Source of the DNA: a virus
Lineage: Duplodnaviria > Caudoviricetes
Strand: one strand, 5' to 3'
Length of the DNA: 64,000 nucleotides
Virus record (IMG/VR): IMGVR_UViG_3300036966_000119
Span: 64,001-128,000 of that record
In this document: one piece after another, positions 28,101-36,176 of the stretch
Numbering within the stretch: the first letter of the stretch is position 1
Layout of the letters: each line of letters starts with the position of its first letter
Translations under genes and position numbers: made by a program
The notes under the pieces: model-generated
Databases searched by the model: none
The model's input: only the letters and a program-made list of their open reading frames with translations
Told to the model about the DNA's origin: nothing

Positions 28101-30449
28101 GATATTCAGGTTCTCAGATATATACTCACTAAAAATGGACCCGCGGGTTCAACTGGTGATGAAGGTTATGTAAACCCATTGACATACTGGAAGTTTGAAG
28201 AAGGCGGTGTTAACGCAGGACCATACAAGAAGACTGACGCAATGAGTGGTAGCTTCTGGAGCGACGTCTATGCTAATAAAATCACAAATTCAGGTTACCA
28301 TAATCAGGCACAAAAGGCTGGTCTTACTGGTGCACAAGAAGCAATGGTTGCTGCAATTGCAATTCATGAGGACTCAGCACAGAAAATAACCGGTGAAAAA
28401 TCACTGACAACAGTTACTGCTGACTATAATGGTCAAACGGCTTTTGGTATCATGAACTGGATACCAGATCCTCCGAATAGATATGTTGGTGCAACTGAAA
28501 CCAAATATGGTACAACACTTGCACAACAATTACCAGAAATGCGCAAAATGTATTTCGATAAAAATCCAACACATGATAGAGCAAGAGTTGTTAACTATAA
28601 TGATTACGCAGCTGCAATGCAAACAGTACTTGGTCATGCACCAACTATCAAACAAGGTGAACCATGGGGTCCTCTTGCAGAAACAGATATAGCTGAATCA
28701 ATGGGTCACTATGTCGCAAATGCTTTGATTCCTGCTGGATGGAATACTGTCGCAGGTCTTGGCAAACATATGGGAACTGCTGTTGATGTATATAACTGGA
28801 TGGTTGATAAAGGCTGGATAAAGGTTGGTGGTGGATCTAACTCTGAAAATGAGGGTGATGAAAATAAAATCACTGGTAGATTCGTATCAACTATTTCAAA
28901 CAGAGTAGCTGGTGGTGGATCAGATGATCTTGTTAATGCCATGGCACAAGCTTTCGTTGGTTATGTAAGCAAGAATCCTTCTGGTACATACGTAAACGGT
29001 GATATCGGTTCTGTAACCGCACCCGATGGTTACGTTTGGAATAATTTCAGACCTGACTGTTCAGGATTTACTGCGGCTGCAATGAAAAAACTGGGCTACA
29101 CTTTCCATGGATCTGAAAATGATACAACCGGACCATTAACATATGATTTTAATGAACAGCGATCAAAATATGGCGTGAAAGTTATTCGTGATGCAAATGG
29201 TAATGAAACTAATGATTGGGAATTAATTCCTTATGATAAGAATTCATTGGTTCCAGGAGACATTCTGTTCACAAACGGTGTTTCTTCATCATGGCCATGT
29301 TCACATACAGACATGTTCATTGGTATGGGTAGTGATGGCGATATCCGTGCTCTCGACGGTGGTAGTACAGGAACTATTCTTGCATCAGCTAAAGCTGGTA
29401 GAAAAATAGTCGAAGACGGTGTTGTTGAACCTGATATGATGAACTATGAATGTATGAGTAGCAATGATGCTGCATCATCTGGTATAGTTCTTCACTACAA
29501 GGGTGGTACAAGTGTGGCAAACACATCTGATGTTGGTCAACATCGTGGTGGATTTACAAATGCCGGTATACAAACAAATATCTATTCTGGTGCAGGACCG
29601 TTCTTACCTGAATCAAATAAATCGAATAAAAATACTGTCATGGGTCCCGTTTCTAAGCCAACGATGAAAGTCTCAGGTGCAGGACCGTTCTTACCTGAAT
29701 CAAATAAATCGAATAAAAATACTGTCATGGGTCCCGTTTCTAAGCCAACGATGAAAGTCTCAGGTGCAGGACCGTTCTTACCTGAATCAAATAAATCGAA
29801 TAAAAATACTGTCATGGGTCCCGTTTCTAAGCCAACGATGAAAGTCTCATATGATCCACTTGATCCAAATTCCTGGACTAAAATTCCAGCAACAGAGCGT
29901 GGTCCATATTATCAACAGCTCATCGATTATAACAAGCAGGCTAATAAGAAATCCACAGGTTATGCTGGTACATGGGGTAATGCTATTGATGATAATGGAT
30001 ATACTCCTGATACATTAAACTATTGGAGGAGCTCATTCTCTGACTGGAATAAATCACACATAAGCAATGACTTCCCTGACCAGCTTTCAGAATTGAAGAA
30101 GGTTCTTGGTAAGGGTGACGTAGGCGATTTTGATCTCTCATCATACATTCCTCCAGTGGATATGTCTAAGTTTGACCAGTATGATGTAGGTGAAAATAGT
30201 CCTATTCAGCAATATTTCCAGAAGTATGAGGTCGTTGCAGACACATCAAGTAAGATGGATATGTTAGAAAAAATGAGTAAGATGACATTCAATGTACGTG
30301 CAGAACGTGTAGAAGAATTGTTAGAAGAACTCATTGAAAAGGTTTCTGGTGATAAACCAGAACCATCCTCAAACAATACAGACGGATATGATCCGAACTT
30401 ATTCAGAAATGATATACCGGAACAAGTATCCCGTTTAGCTCGAGGATAA
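22191..30449 (+). CDS. Tape-measure-like tail protein with C39-like peptidase, degenerate M23, lysozyme-like and NlpC/P60-type domains (2752 aa)
   Basis: Amphipathic TMP-type repeats at ~25760-26340; ERGCGP..NHYV..VANP; HEGIG..GGLGNHV..YLHL; AAIAIHEDS..AFGIMNW; PDCSGF..PGDILF..HTDMFIG. Confidence 0.8.
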   Translation: MNRLVSRSLEILGQATKEIGQDYTSNLTSFVNDAKNVKDSIVKSTTDASDTFAKLKTTNITKKISDWFYQEENSSDASGDEFDPGFKIDSSEDEATLDGDKKPTVLSTDSMSGIIEKQSGMMVKIGRRQTEQSIANTAEVISVLNSRTSEMITSMNNINKSLIGISDKLDKLIKIQTVEIEENKTEDKSGIYDSSGNLSLMRIFEQAKQNMSNNSVVSTAQMMGQMITGGGGPVDVAKFLMGFGLGKPLNALGGESIDSLGKKFNEMTGASIQIGLNEAIKSGPFKALFGNIAQFEGDKDYGTIAANNYTTKKAMFDGMTRMSIVNIIPEYLAKINQALSGETWHVDPRGRLVKRPVENKFNEVTRNAFASSGISSSAQNKILATGQRKFGDKISANDINEAGRALCGAIVMFKHYNGNSEGSFSVSDLKKDMSQYIFSAVNTLCNTPGRNDPEYWYSVCQMIVSQLASGLMDASQFVRNVNTSLDNMKRSAIEVAKSGKPEALQAGRLTNDIMIEQWIATHQDANKNNQQTSTQTQPTPTPTPTDGNAKVERVDKYYIDGKHTTGDFIRGIFGILNRGINVKVLDRNDTSWKFEDYDLERQTVKQEIIDSKAAELFGQWVAGGKDNKIGDVIRDGIKDSLESMKNGGTVGQAAGAAVQGAQQGLLSNMMSMMDAASLRDLTSKFINGDYKGFFKEGGKGREMFNTAKSKVSDIFGRTREQVTGALGASSLTLDRRVTGAALRARDAVIGEDGLVDRGKGLLGRASDALNSNPLFQRIKGTAERAANNIQYNRDNMALSSARGSLDNLDTDAIENFEDRMSAEAALMYYKRGEYDEARIEANKISNERLIKYIDERIKKIKDITEKREKGQTALENGETPDIGATLQTAPESATDGADAEKKNPVVKVLKKGFSLIGKWFKKSAELIQNGSIDIIFGLKTLGSGLKQTFSILGNSLKKTLKPVKDAIAKVGKTIKGAVTGAFSKMGDLFSKLKPRRDGESESGEGNEEQKRSLGERLGDKIRNSGTFGASFMTGFDEARAAKKKLSEAQERASSFVNRSVGDIMDVITGKKVMENSPFNQLLDVLKGFRSDVNGNHEEEMKAQQDGDEDAKNNTEGGEEGEGGVHNLRGAIDAVTGADGGAGGMKGLVEGIGKSLGGITQILMGIGEAALGVIMGMEGFKSLMNIGTELLQDILEPIDKIFKTLKKTIDSILKPLKDGLHDIIETLVNVVTSIVDILKPIIGMVKQLLDVVVGVILEVIQKVSDVLNTVVDLLASVVESIVDLLVPLLEAISDIINMLLEIVVPILDAVSSAVNAVISILNPILDLISVILDAVLVPILLILDIIQPVIEGIGYTMKIVSGVLQLGMGIIIGILGSLLKGMGLIVSAVGAIPMVPDSVGELGDQIESTADGMLDSSKDLISGGIEQMKEGLNGIVSLAKGLVKTITGDEEEDVQQEEPEESDTSDVKLNTTDFGAGDVNSNTINNSWSYTYGSGNTSTTMNQHSYGGYMNMSERGCGPVVLADAYNRRNGGRMNPATLAASMMGSGTYDPRRGTSVGSMIDTGNAIGMGMRMGGVTQQSLKQASPSNPITVLGSGTGFGTKAGNNHYVNVIGTDKNGGAYVANPMTGRVERQSATNLALNSKLGLYGSGDNEYEQYGFSDELTDSFTALKELTAQLTGIFQGPSKEDEIAEQRAMQKDAESAKTISNNLTEEEYSALEQEARTKLETDNPKRDGESDEDYQKRIEKLWTTKGNSIIVELGGQQYADKVSERTALTLSGAESMQEAHSSMLEGMHAASGANLKATSGDGAVAVMAPYDPIRYTEPNIDTSTSPASGASPVHDFFSATSGSEAYSTNGLWFEKSDVPVSKEGVGSKGNNHEGIGIRFVKDDPEIHAITNGTVTYMSTGGKYGGQDPNGGLGNHVKWRDDAGMYHWYLHLNDIDKNIKEGSNIEAGQLIGHAGSTGATGYDNEDIQVLRYILTKNGPAGSTGDEGYVNPLTYWKFEEGGVNAGPYKKTDAMSGSFWSDVYANKITNSGYHNQAQKAGLTGAQEAMVAAIAIHEDSAQKITGEKSLTTVTADYNGQTAFGIMNWIPDPPNRYVGATETKYGTTLAQQLPEMRKMYFDKNPTHDRARVVNYNDYAAAMQTVLGHAPTIKQGEPWGPLAETDIAESMGHYVANALIPAGWNTVAGLGKHMGTAVDVYNWMVDKGWIKVGGGSNSENEGDENKITGRFVSTISNRVAGGGSDDLVNAMAQAFVGYVSKNPSGTYVNGDIGSVTAPDGYVWNNFRPDCSGFTAAAMKKLGYTFHGSENDTTGPLTYDFNEQRSKYGVKVIRDANGNETNDWELIPYDKNSLVPGDILFTNGVSSSWPCSHTDMFIGMGSDGDIRALDGGSTGTILASAKAGRKIVEDGVVEPDMMNYECMSSNDAASSGIVLHYKGGTSVANTSDVGQHRGGFTNAGIQTNIYSGAGPFLPESNKSNKNTVMGPVSKPTMKVSGAGPFLPESNKSNKNTVMGPVSKPTMKVSGAGPFLPESNKSNKNTVMGPVSKPTMKVSYDPLDPNSWTKIPATERGPYYQQLIDYNKQANKKSTGYAGTWGNAIDDNGYTPDTLNYWRSSFSDWNKSHISNDFPDQLSELKKVLGKGDVGDFDLSSYIPPVDMSKFDQYDVGENSPIQQYFQKYEVVADTSSKMDMLEKMSKMTFNVRAERVEELLEELIEKVSGDKPEPSSNNTDGYDPNLFRNDIPEQVSRLARG
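29589..29849 (+). repeat. Perfect in-frame tandem repeat, 3 x 87 bp (GAGPFLPESNKSNKNTVMGPVSKPTMKVS)
   Basis: Identical units start at 29589, 29676 and 29763. Confidence 0.95.
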
Positions 30450-30464
30450 AAAATAATTTGATAT

Positions 30465-30493
30465 TATATTGGGGGCATTGCGCCCCCAATATA
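30465..30493. terminator. Bidirectional terminator
   Basis: TATATTGGGGGC-ATTGC-GCCCCCAATATA between convergent genes. Confidence 0.85.
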
Positions 30494-30494
30494 T

Positions 30495-30894
30495 TTATTT
30501 TGTTTCTTTATCATTTTCATCATCAAAAATATGGTAATCAATAAGCTTCTGAATTGCAGAAACATACTTGAGAATCCTTTCTTTTGATAAAAGTCTGTTT
30601 GTGTTCTGAAGGATCTCATACTCTTCAACAGTAAGGAGTGCCTTCATTGCCTTGAGCTGGTCATCATCTTCCAGAGGTCTGATGAAACCATTGATACCAG
30701 GAATATATAAATCCTTGGCAGTAACAAGTTTTGGTGGTCTAACAACATTTGTTGCTGCTTTGATTTCCTCAACCTTTTCCTTAAGCTTTTTCAGAGAACT
30801 CTTCCTTTTTGAGTTCTTCAACCTTTGTTGTTGGTGTTGTATCCTTTGTTTCAACACCGGTTGTCTTACCAAAGTATTCTGATAATTTAGACAT
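30495..30894 (-). pseudogene. Hypothetical gene split by a +1 frameshift (MSKLSEYFGK...FSEK / LKEKVEEIK...KETK)
   Basis: AAGGAGG RBS and ATG at 30894. The frame stops at TCT GAA AAA GCT TAA (~30781); removing one A joins it to the downstream frame ending at 30495. Confidence 0.55.
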
Positions 30895-30926
30895 ATTAAT
30901 TTTCCTCCTTGTTTCAATAAATGTGC

Positions 30927-30965
30927 CATGTGTATCAGCCGGGGACGAACCCCGGCTAACACATG
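30927..30965 (-). terminator. Hairpin after the HU-like gene
   Basis: AGCCGGGG-ACGAA-CCCCGGCT with outer CATGTGT/ACACATG arms. Confidence 0.65.
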
Positions 30966-30999
30966 GGTGTGAATGTTGGATATCAAAAGTGTTTGTAGA

Positions 31000-31428
31000 T
31001 TACTTCTTGAACATGTCTCTTCTGATCTTGAGCTTGGGTTCCTCATGAGCCTTGATAGTGCTCTTCCACTTCTGACCAGCGTTAGGACCGATTGTCTGAA
31101 CACCCTCAGAAGTTTTCTCAGGTACCTGAACAACCTTGATTGTAGCAGGTGCTGTGTTGTTGTCGGGTGCAGGAAGATCGAAAGCTCTCTGCTCATCATG
31201 CATGAAGCCTGAGATGAGTTCAGGAATCTGTGTAACTGTATTAGTTACATCAACCTCTGCGATCTTTTCGTCCATTATACCGATCTCGTCCTTTGAAGGG
31301 TAGCCACACTTTGCTACGAACTTCTTACAGTCAGTAACGAAAGCCTTCTGGAAGTTTGTAGCTGGTGCTGCTGTGCTGTTGCTGTAATTAGCAAGAGCAG
31401 CGAATGCAAACTGTTTGTTGGTTGCCAT
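31000..31428 (-). CDS. Probable HU/IHF-like DNA-binding protein (divergent)
   Basis: C-terminal ATIKVVQVPEKTSEG..GQKWKSTIKAHEEPKLK resembles the HU beta-arm; biased codons; AAGGAGG RBS. Confidence 0.45.
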   Translation of the reverse strand: MATNKQFAFAALANYSNSTAAPATNFQKAFVTDCKKFVAKCGYPSKDEIGIMDEKIAEVDVTNTVTQIPELISGFMHDEQRAFDLPAPDNNTAPATIKVVQVPEKTSEGVQTIGPNAGQKWKSTIKAHEEPKLKIRRDMFKK

Positions 31429-31494
31429 TGTAAATTCCTCCTTGAATATGTATGTTGGTTTTGTTTAACACAAGAGACTTTCTATCTCTTGTAA

Positions 31495-31530
31495 CCTACG
31501 TAATTATATGTGTATCTGAAATATAAAAAT
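31495..31530 (-). promoter_or_regulatory. AT-rich promoter variant upstream of the HU-like gene
   Basis: TATTTCAGATACACATATAATTA followed by an ACAAGAGA..TCTCTTTGT leader hairpin. Confidence 0.4.
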
Positions 31531-31724
31531 TAGCCGATATTTATCAATCCATCAGATACCCCGATTGTTGCTGTTAATGATGCTTCTGAAAGAAATTGTC
31601 CTGTCTGTCTGTCTTTGACCATGAAACCTTTGTTGATATATTGTAATATCTGGGATTCAGTTGCTGTTGGTAATTCACCTATTTTCTTTCCATCATTACT
31701 AAATATTTCAATCGAATAAGTCAT
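31530..31724 (-). CDS. Small hypothetical protein
   Basis: 64 aa with GGGAGTG RBS. Confidence 0.65.
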   Translation of the reverse strand: MTYSIEIFSNDGKKIGELPTATESQILQYINKGFMVKDRQTGQFLSEASLTATIGVSDGLINIG

Positions 31725-31782
31725 CTAAACTTCACTCCCTTCGTTTTAATGCCTTCTCTTCTGTTTACATATTTCTCTTTCT

Positions 31783-32190
31783 TTAATATCTGTATATGTC
31801 TATAGCTTGTTTAATCCATTCATGTGTAAAACAGTAGTAGTTTTCAATGGGGTGATCACTTACAGACACAACATTTATTGGTGGTAACGTATCATAATAA
31901 ATATAGCGATGTTCTTCGATATATCTATCGATACATTCCATCATTTCAACCGCATCCAAATAGTCATCATTTAAAATATATTGTTTGTCATATGGGTATG
32001 TCATAATACTTATGTCATATATCTCGGACGTATGTTTTGACATAATGTATTCTTGTTTGATTCTTTTCATTAACCCAGGAAGGGTATTATCAGGTATATT
32101 TACCTTTTTGAAAAGTATCTTTTCATGATAAGAAATATAATAGTAGATACACATATTAGCCAACAACGCTAATACATTGTTATCATCCAT
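31783..32190 (-). CDS. Hypothetical protein
   Basis: AAAGGAGG RBS before ATG at 32190; very AT-rich. Confidence 0.6.
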   Translation of the reverse strand: MDDNNVLALLANMCIYYYISYHEKILFKKVNIPDNTLPGLMKRIKQEYIMSKHTSEIYDISIMTYPYDKQYILNDDYLDAVEMMECIDRYIEEHRYIYYDTLPPINVVSVSDHPIENYYCFTHEWIKQAIDIYRY

Positions 32191-32247
32191 GATAATCCCC
32201 CTCCTTTCTAATAGAATCATATATGTATATGTATTCTATAATCGTTG

Positions 32248-32358
32248 TTTTTCTATGCTACCGATAAAAGGTATGTAAATTCCTATTATTTCATATTTCT
32301 ACATATATATTATTAATGTGAAGAAGAAAAGAAAGTGAGCTTTCACCTCTTATCTTCT
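32248..32358 (+). promoter_or_regulatory. Repeated AT-rich (putative early) promoter plus 5' leader hairpin, copy B
   Basis: TTTTCTATGCTACCG...AATTCCTATTATTTCA-N8-CATATATATTATTAATGTGA, then GAAAG-TGAG-CTTTC stem. Confidence 0.65.
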
Positions 32359-32409
32359 GATATAAATTACCGCAAGTGGCACGAAGCGGTTTATGTGCTG
32401 GAGAATACC

Positions 32410-32652
32410 ATGAATAAGAAGATTAATAAGGCAACAAAGAAGTTCACAAAGAAGATCGTAAAGATGGAGAAGAAGCATCCTGTCGCAACAACCGCAATCA
32501 TTATCGCTGATGGCGCAGCAACAGCAACTGGTATCGTGATGGGTGGTATCTATGCATGGAGAAATAGGAATGTTCTTAAGAACCTCCGTAACAATCAGAC
32601 ACCAGAGCCACAGGTTTCTCCTACTGGAGATCCTAATGCAGCAACAGTATAA
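32410..32652 (+). CDS. Small basic/hydrophobic membrane peptide (EKKHP family), 80 aa
   Basis: GGAG RBS and ATG at 32410; KKFTKKIVKMEKKHP plus a hydrophobic segment; paralog of 1154-1348. Confidence 0.75.
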   Translation: MNKKINKATKKFTKKIVKMEKKHPVATTAIIIADGAATATGIVMGGIYAWRNRNVLKNLRNNQTPEPQVSPTGDPNAATV

Positions 32653-32660
32653 GCAATAAA

Positions 32661-32700
32661 ATTGAGGGGCCCATTTCTGGGCCCCAATATATTTTTTTTT
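32661..32700. terminator. Bidirectional terminator
   Basis: GGGGCCCA-TTTC-TGGGCCCC plus T tract, between convergent genes. Confidence 0.85.
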
Positions 32701-32704
32701 ATTT

Positions 32705-33712
32705 TTAGAAATCGTAGTCATCATCTTTGGTATCATCTTTTGTTGGAGTAGAATCAACTGTTGAAGATGACTTAGGAAGTTTATCATCCTTGGGTTTAGA
32801 AGATGCTTTCTTTGCATCAGAAGCATCACCCTTTGATCTCAGATCATAATGATCGATCTGTGCTTTAAGATTGTTCATCTTAATATTGTACTTCTCGATC
32901 ATCTTAGCGTAATTATGTTCAATACGCTTTTTACGCTGTGTCTCAGGAATCTTCTTATAGTCATCATAAGCTTTCTTAGCAACCTCATATTCCTTAGAGA
33001 TCTGAACATACTTCTCAACCTTCTTGTCATATGATCTTGAGAGTACTGCACTGATCATAGATACAGGATTGAGAGATGCAGCTCCACGGAAGATATCGTT
33101 GATTACTTTGAATACACCCTCTATTGTTCCAACAACTACATCTGCTGCAGCACCGAGTGCCTTGAGAGTAGCAGCTTCCTGAACCGGAGTTGCTTTCTTA
33201 TGAGCCTTGAGGATAAGGTCATCAAGCTTCTTATCGATATCTTTGTTATAGCGTTTTATCCATAACATTGTGTCAGACTTTCTTGAAACTTTATCAGGCT
33301 TATAAACGAATCCCTTATCAGTTGCCTCGGTTGAAGCTATAATACGGGCAAGTTCACCAACAAGAAGTCTGTAACCGAAGGTATACGCAGCAGTGAAGAC
33401 AATGTTTTTGTCATCAGGCTTAGCGACATATTCGGCAGTCATCTTTTTGAATGTAGGTCTGTGAAGAACGTTAAACATTTCCTTGATGTATTTAACATCT
33501 TCAGCAGGGAGACCCTTGATTGTTGATAACTGAGCAACCTGGTATTCGATGTTATCATAATTTGGTGATTTAGTTATATCACCTTTGCTCTTGTATTCAT
33601 CAGAGCTTTTATTTGAATATATATCAGAAAGCTGACCGAGTATGGTTTCTATGTAAGCATCACTAATGCTTTCCTCGGTAGCCTCGGGTTTCTTTTTCTT
33701 ATCAAAAAGCAT
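32705..33712 (-). CDS. Putative virion structural protein
   Basis: 335 aa; GGAGGTG RBS; internal PVQEA motif; C-terminal coiled coil. Confidence 0.65.
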   Translation of the reverse strand: MLFDKKKKPEATEESISDAYIETILGQLSDIYSNKSSDEYKSKGDITKSPNYDNIEYQVAQLSTIKGLPAEDVKYIKEMFNVLHRPTFKKMTAEYVAKPDDKNIVFTAAYTFGYRLLVGELARIIASTEATDKGFVYKPDKVSRKSDTMLWIKRYNKDIDKKLDDLILKAHKKATPVQEAATLKALGAAADVVVGTIEGVFKVINDIFRGAASLNPVSMISAVLSRSYDKKVEKYVQISKEYEVAKKAYDDYKKIPETQRKKRIEHNYAKMIEKYNIKMNNLKAQIDHYDLRSKGDASDAKKASSKPKDDKLPKSSSTVDSTPTKDDTKDDDYDF

Positions 33713-33727
33713 TCTGTTTCACCTCCA

Positions 33728-35908
33728 TTAACCTAAAAGCTTGAACATGTCTCTTGTCTTTGTACCAGAAGTATCAAGAGTAGCAAGCTGTTTCTGTACT
33801 GATGCAAGAGAATGTACATCGAAGTCGTTGTTCTGGTCAGGAAGAAGTATCTTGATAGACTCAGCATCGATGTCAACGATGATCAATGAAATGAGGAAGA
33901 GTTCTCCACAGAACTTTCTTGCATTAGAAGCCTTAAGGAGATCGATCTCTGTCTGGTTCTTAATGTTATCAACATCCTGCTGTGACATGATTATTGAAGC
34001 ATTAGGAATCATACCGTTCTTGAGTTTACCCTTACCCTGCTTGTCACGGATAAATGCTGCAAAGATTGACTTACCCTGAACAACTGCTGAAGCGGGAGCG
34101 TCACCCTTCATATGAGCAAGTTCATACAGACGACGATACCATTTTCTGTTAGGATCACGAGAGTCTGCAGCAGTCTGTTTCTTTTCATCGATACGGAATA
34201 TAAGATCCTTCAGGAACTTAAGCTCTCCAGCACGCCACTTAACCTTACGAGAAAGCTTGTCCATTTCCTTAAGAGGATATCTTGCAACCTCAGGAAGAAT
34301 CGAAGAAGGAACAACACGCATATGTGTTTTAACACCGACGATGTAGTTTATTGGCTGAAGTGAATCATCCTTGTTGAGCATGTTAACAGTAACATTCATC
34401 AACAGAGGTTTCATTGTGTTGAGCTTCTGACACTTAGAGTCATCAACATACTGAGGTGCTTTAGCCATAGCCTTTGCATTAACCTCAGTCTTTCTGATAG
34501 CTCTGTCTGTATTGAGATTGTCAACACGATCCTTGAGAATCTGATTATTCAACTTCTCATTCTGTATACGTGTACCAAGAGTACCTACATTATATACAGC
34601 ATTAGCACCAGCATTAACAGCACCAAGAACGTCAGAAGCAGTCCTTGCACCAGTACTGATTGCTTCAGCACCCCTGTAATATGGTGATATTGCTTTCTGA
34701 GCATTTCTTTCATCAACAGTTGCTCTTGCAAGAGCTGAACGTTTCTGGGCATCAAGTAATTCAGTGTCACCTTTAGCAACTTCTGCACGACGATGTGCAG
34801 CTATAGCGTCAGTATATGTTGGAGCATTAGGAATATCACCTATATCAAGATTGGTCTTAGCAGCACTTGCATTTGATGATGCAGCCGAAGCATTCAGTTG
34901 ATCAATTTGAGCATTAAGTCTCTGATTTTCCCGGTTAGCATTATCAACGGTCTGTTCAACAGCACGCATTGTCGCAAACATACTATTTCTGAAACCAGGA
35001 TTTCTTGAATCGAGATCATTTACCATCTGTCTTAAAGCAGTATTTCTTTGATCTCTAAATTCATCAATTGTCATTGATCCACATACGTTTCTGACATGAT
35101 CCATTTGTGCTGCATCAGATTGAGATGTGTTTCTATTTATTTCATAATTTGATATAGTTGGTATGTGATAATATACCAAGGTGTTATCAAGGTTTTCAAT
35201 AGCTGCTTGAATCTGAGCTTGTGTTAAGTGTTGACCATTGAGCCATTCTTCGATTTCATATGCTGTACCAAATTGAATGTGTGCTGGGTCAATTATATTA
35301 AATTCCGCATTATCTCGACCAGGATCCCATGAAACACGAACACCGTGTGCGTTGATAATCGGATATGGATACAATGTCAACATGTCGCGGTTTGTAACAC
35401 GTGCTTCCTGGAAGAAATGATCGAACTCAGAAAGTGGTTGATGATCAACTGCTTCGTTGATAAGACGTGCATCAGCATCTTCAATTGAAAGCATATTGAA
35501 TTCGAACTGAGTACCGTCTTCCTGGTATACAGCATGGCATGCATCATGCTGATATGTTGTATCAGTGTATTCGAGATACTTGTTTGTATTGGTCTTGAAG
35601 TCAGCAAACTGAAGACCATTCTTAACAGATGAAGCATCTATCACGGGATTTAATGATATAGCCATCTGGAGATATGCTGCATATATCTGCTCAAGGAGAG
35701 ATGTTGTAGCAGTTGCATAATCCAGTGGAATGCTATTGGAAATAAATACAGGGAACTCAAATACGTTTCCCTGGGCTGATTTTACTATTGAACCTTTACG
35801 CTGACCTGGCTGGAATTTCGACGTAGCAGTATCGACACGGTTTATCAGATCTACCGCATCATTTCCAGCAGAAGCGAAACGGCTCAAAACATCATCATTT
35901 TTTGCCAT
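33728..35908 (-). CDS. Putative virion structural (head) protein
   Basis: 726 aa; AAGGAGG RBS; FFQEA motif; coiled-coil centre. Confidence 0.65.
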   Translation of the reverse strand: MAKNDDVLSRFASAGNDAVDLINRVDTATSKFQPGQRKGSIVKSAQGNVFEFPVFISNSIPLDYATATTSLLEQIYAAYLQMAISLNPVIDASSVKNGLQFADFKTNTNKYLEYTDTTYQHDACHAVYQEDGTQFEFNMLSIEDADARLINEAVDHQPLSEFDHFFQEARVTNRDMLTLYPYPIINAHGVRVSWDPGRDNAEFNIIDPAHIQFGTAYEIEEWLNGQHLTQAQIQAAIENLDNTLVYYHIPTISNYEINRNTSQSDAAQMDHVRNVCGSMTIDEFRDQRNTALRQMVNDLDSRNPGFRNSMFATMRAVEQTVDNANRENQRLNAQIDQLNASAASSNASAAKTNLDIGDIPNAPTYTDAIAAHRRAEVAKGDTELLDAQKRSALARATVDERNAQKAISPYYRGAEAISTGARTASDVLGAVNAGANAVYNVGTLGTRIQNEKLNNQILKDRVDNLNTDRAIRKTEVNAKAMAKAPQYVDDSKCQKLNTMKPLLMNVTVNMLNKDDSLQPINYIVGVKTHMRVVPSSILPEVARYPLKEMDKLSRKVKWRAGELKFLKDLIFRIDEKKQTAADSRDPNRKWYRRLYELAHMKGDAPASAVVQGKSIFAAFIRDKQGKGKLKNGMIPNASIIMSQQDVDNIKNQTEIDLLKASNARKFCGELFLISLIIVDIDAESIKILLPDQNNDFDVHSLASVQKQLATLDTSGTKTRDMFKLLG

Positions 35909-35944
35909 ATTATAGCCTCCTTGTAATTTATTTTAGTATTAGAA

Positions 35945-36118
35945 TTAATCATCAAGTCGCATTACCTTAGCAACTGATGGTGGTACAGAATCCATATAAG
36001 TAATTGTAACCTCGTATCTCGGAGTACGAGAATAATACTTATTCGTATGGGATTCAATTATCAAGCAGTCGTTGCTCATGATACCCACATGTCCTCTTTT
36101 TTCATTCGGCTGAAGCAT
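35945..36118 (-). pseudogene. rusA: Orphan duplicate of the rusA 3' end (57 codons)
   Basis: Translates MLQPNEKRGHVGIMSNDCLIIESHTNKYYSRTPRYEVTITYMDSVPPSVAKVMRLDD*, paralleling the C-terminus of 37334-37903, with two long identical nucleotide blocks. Confidence 0.85.
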
Positions 36119-36176
36119 AATATTATTCGTTATTAAACATATATTATTTTATAAATAATATAAAGGAGAAATAATC

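Noticed and set aside
29589-29849. CRISPR array
   Set aside because: Units are contiguous, identical 87-mers with no spacers and lie in frame in a CDS; no cas genes are present.
30895-31199. N-terminal half of the 234-aa ORF 30495..31199
   Set aside because: It overlaps the HU-like gene, crosses a terminator hairpin and has no RBS. The real start appears to be 30894 in another frame.
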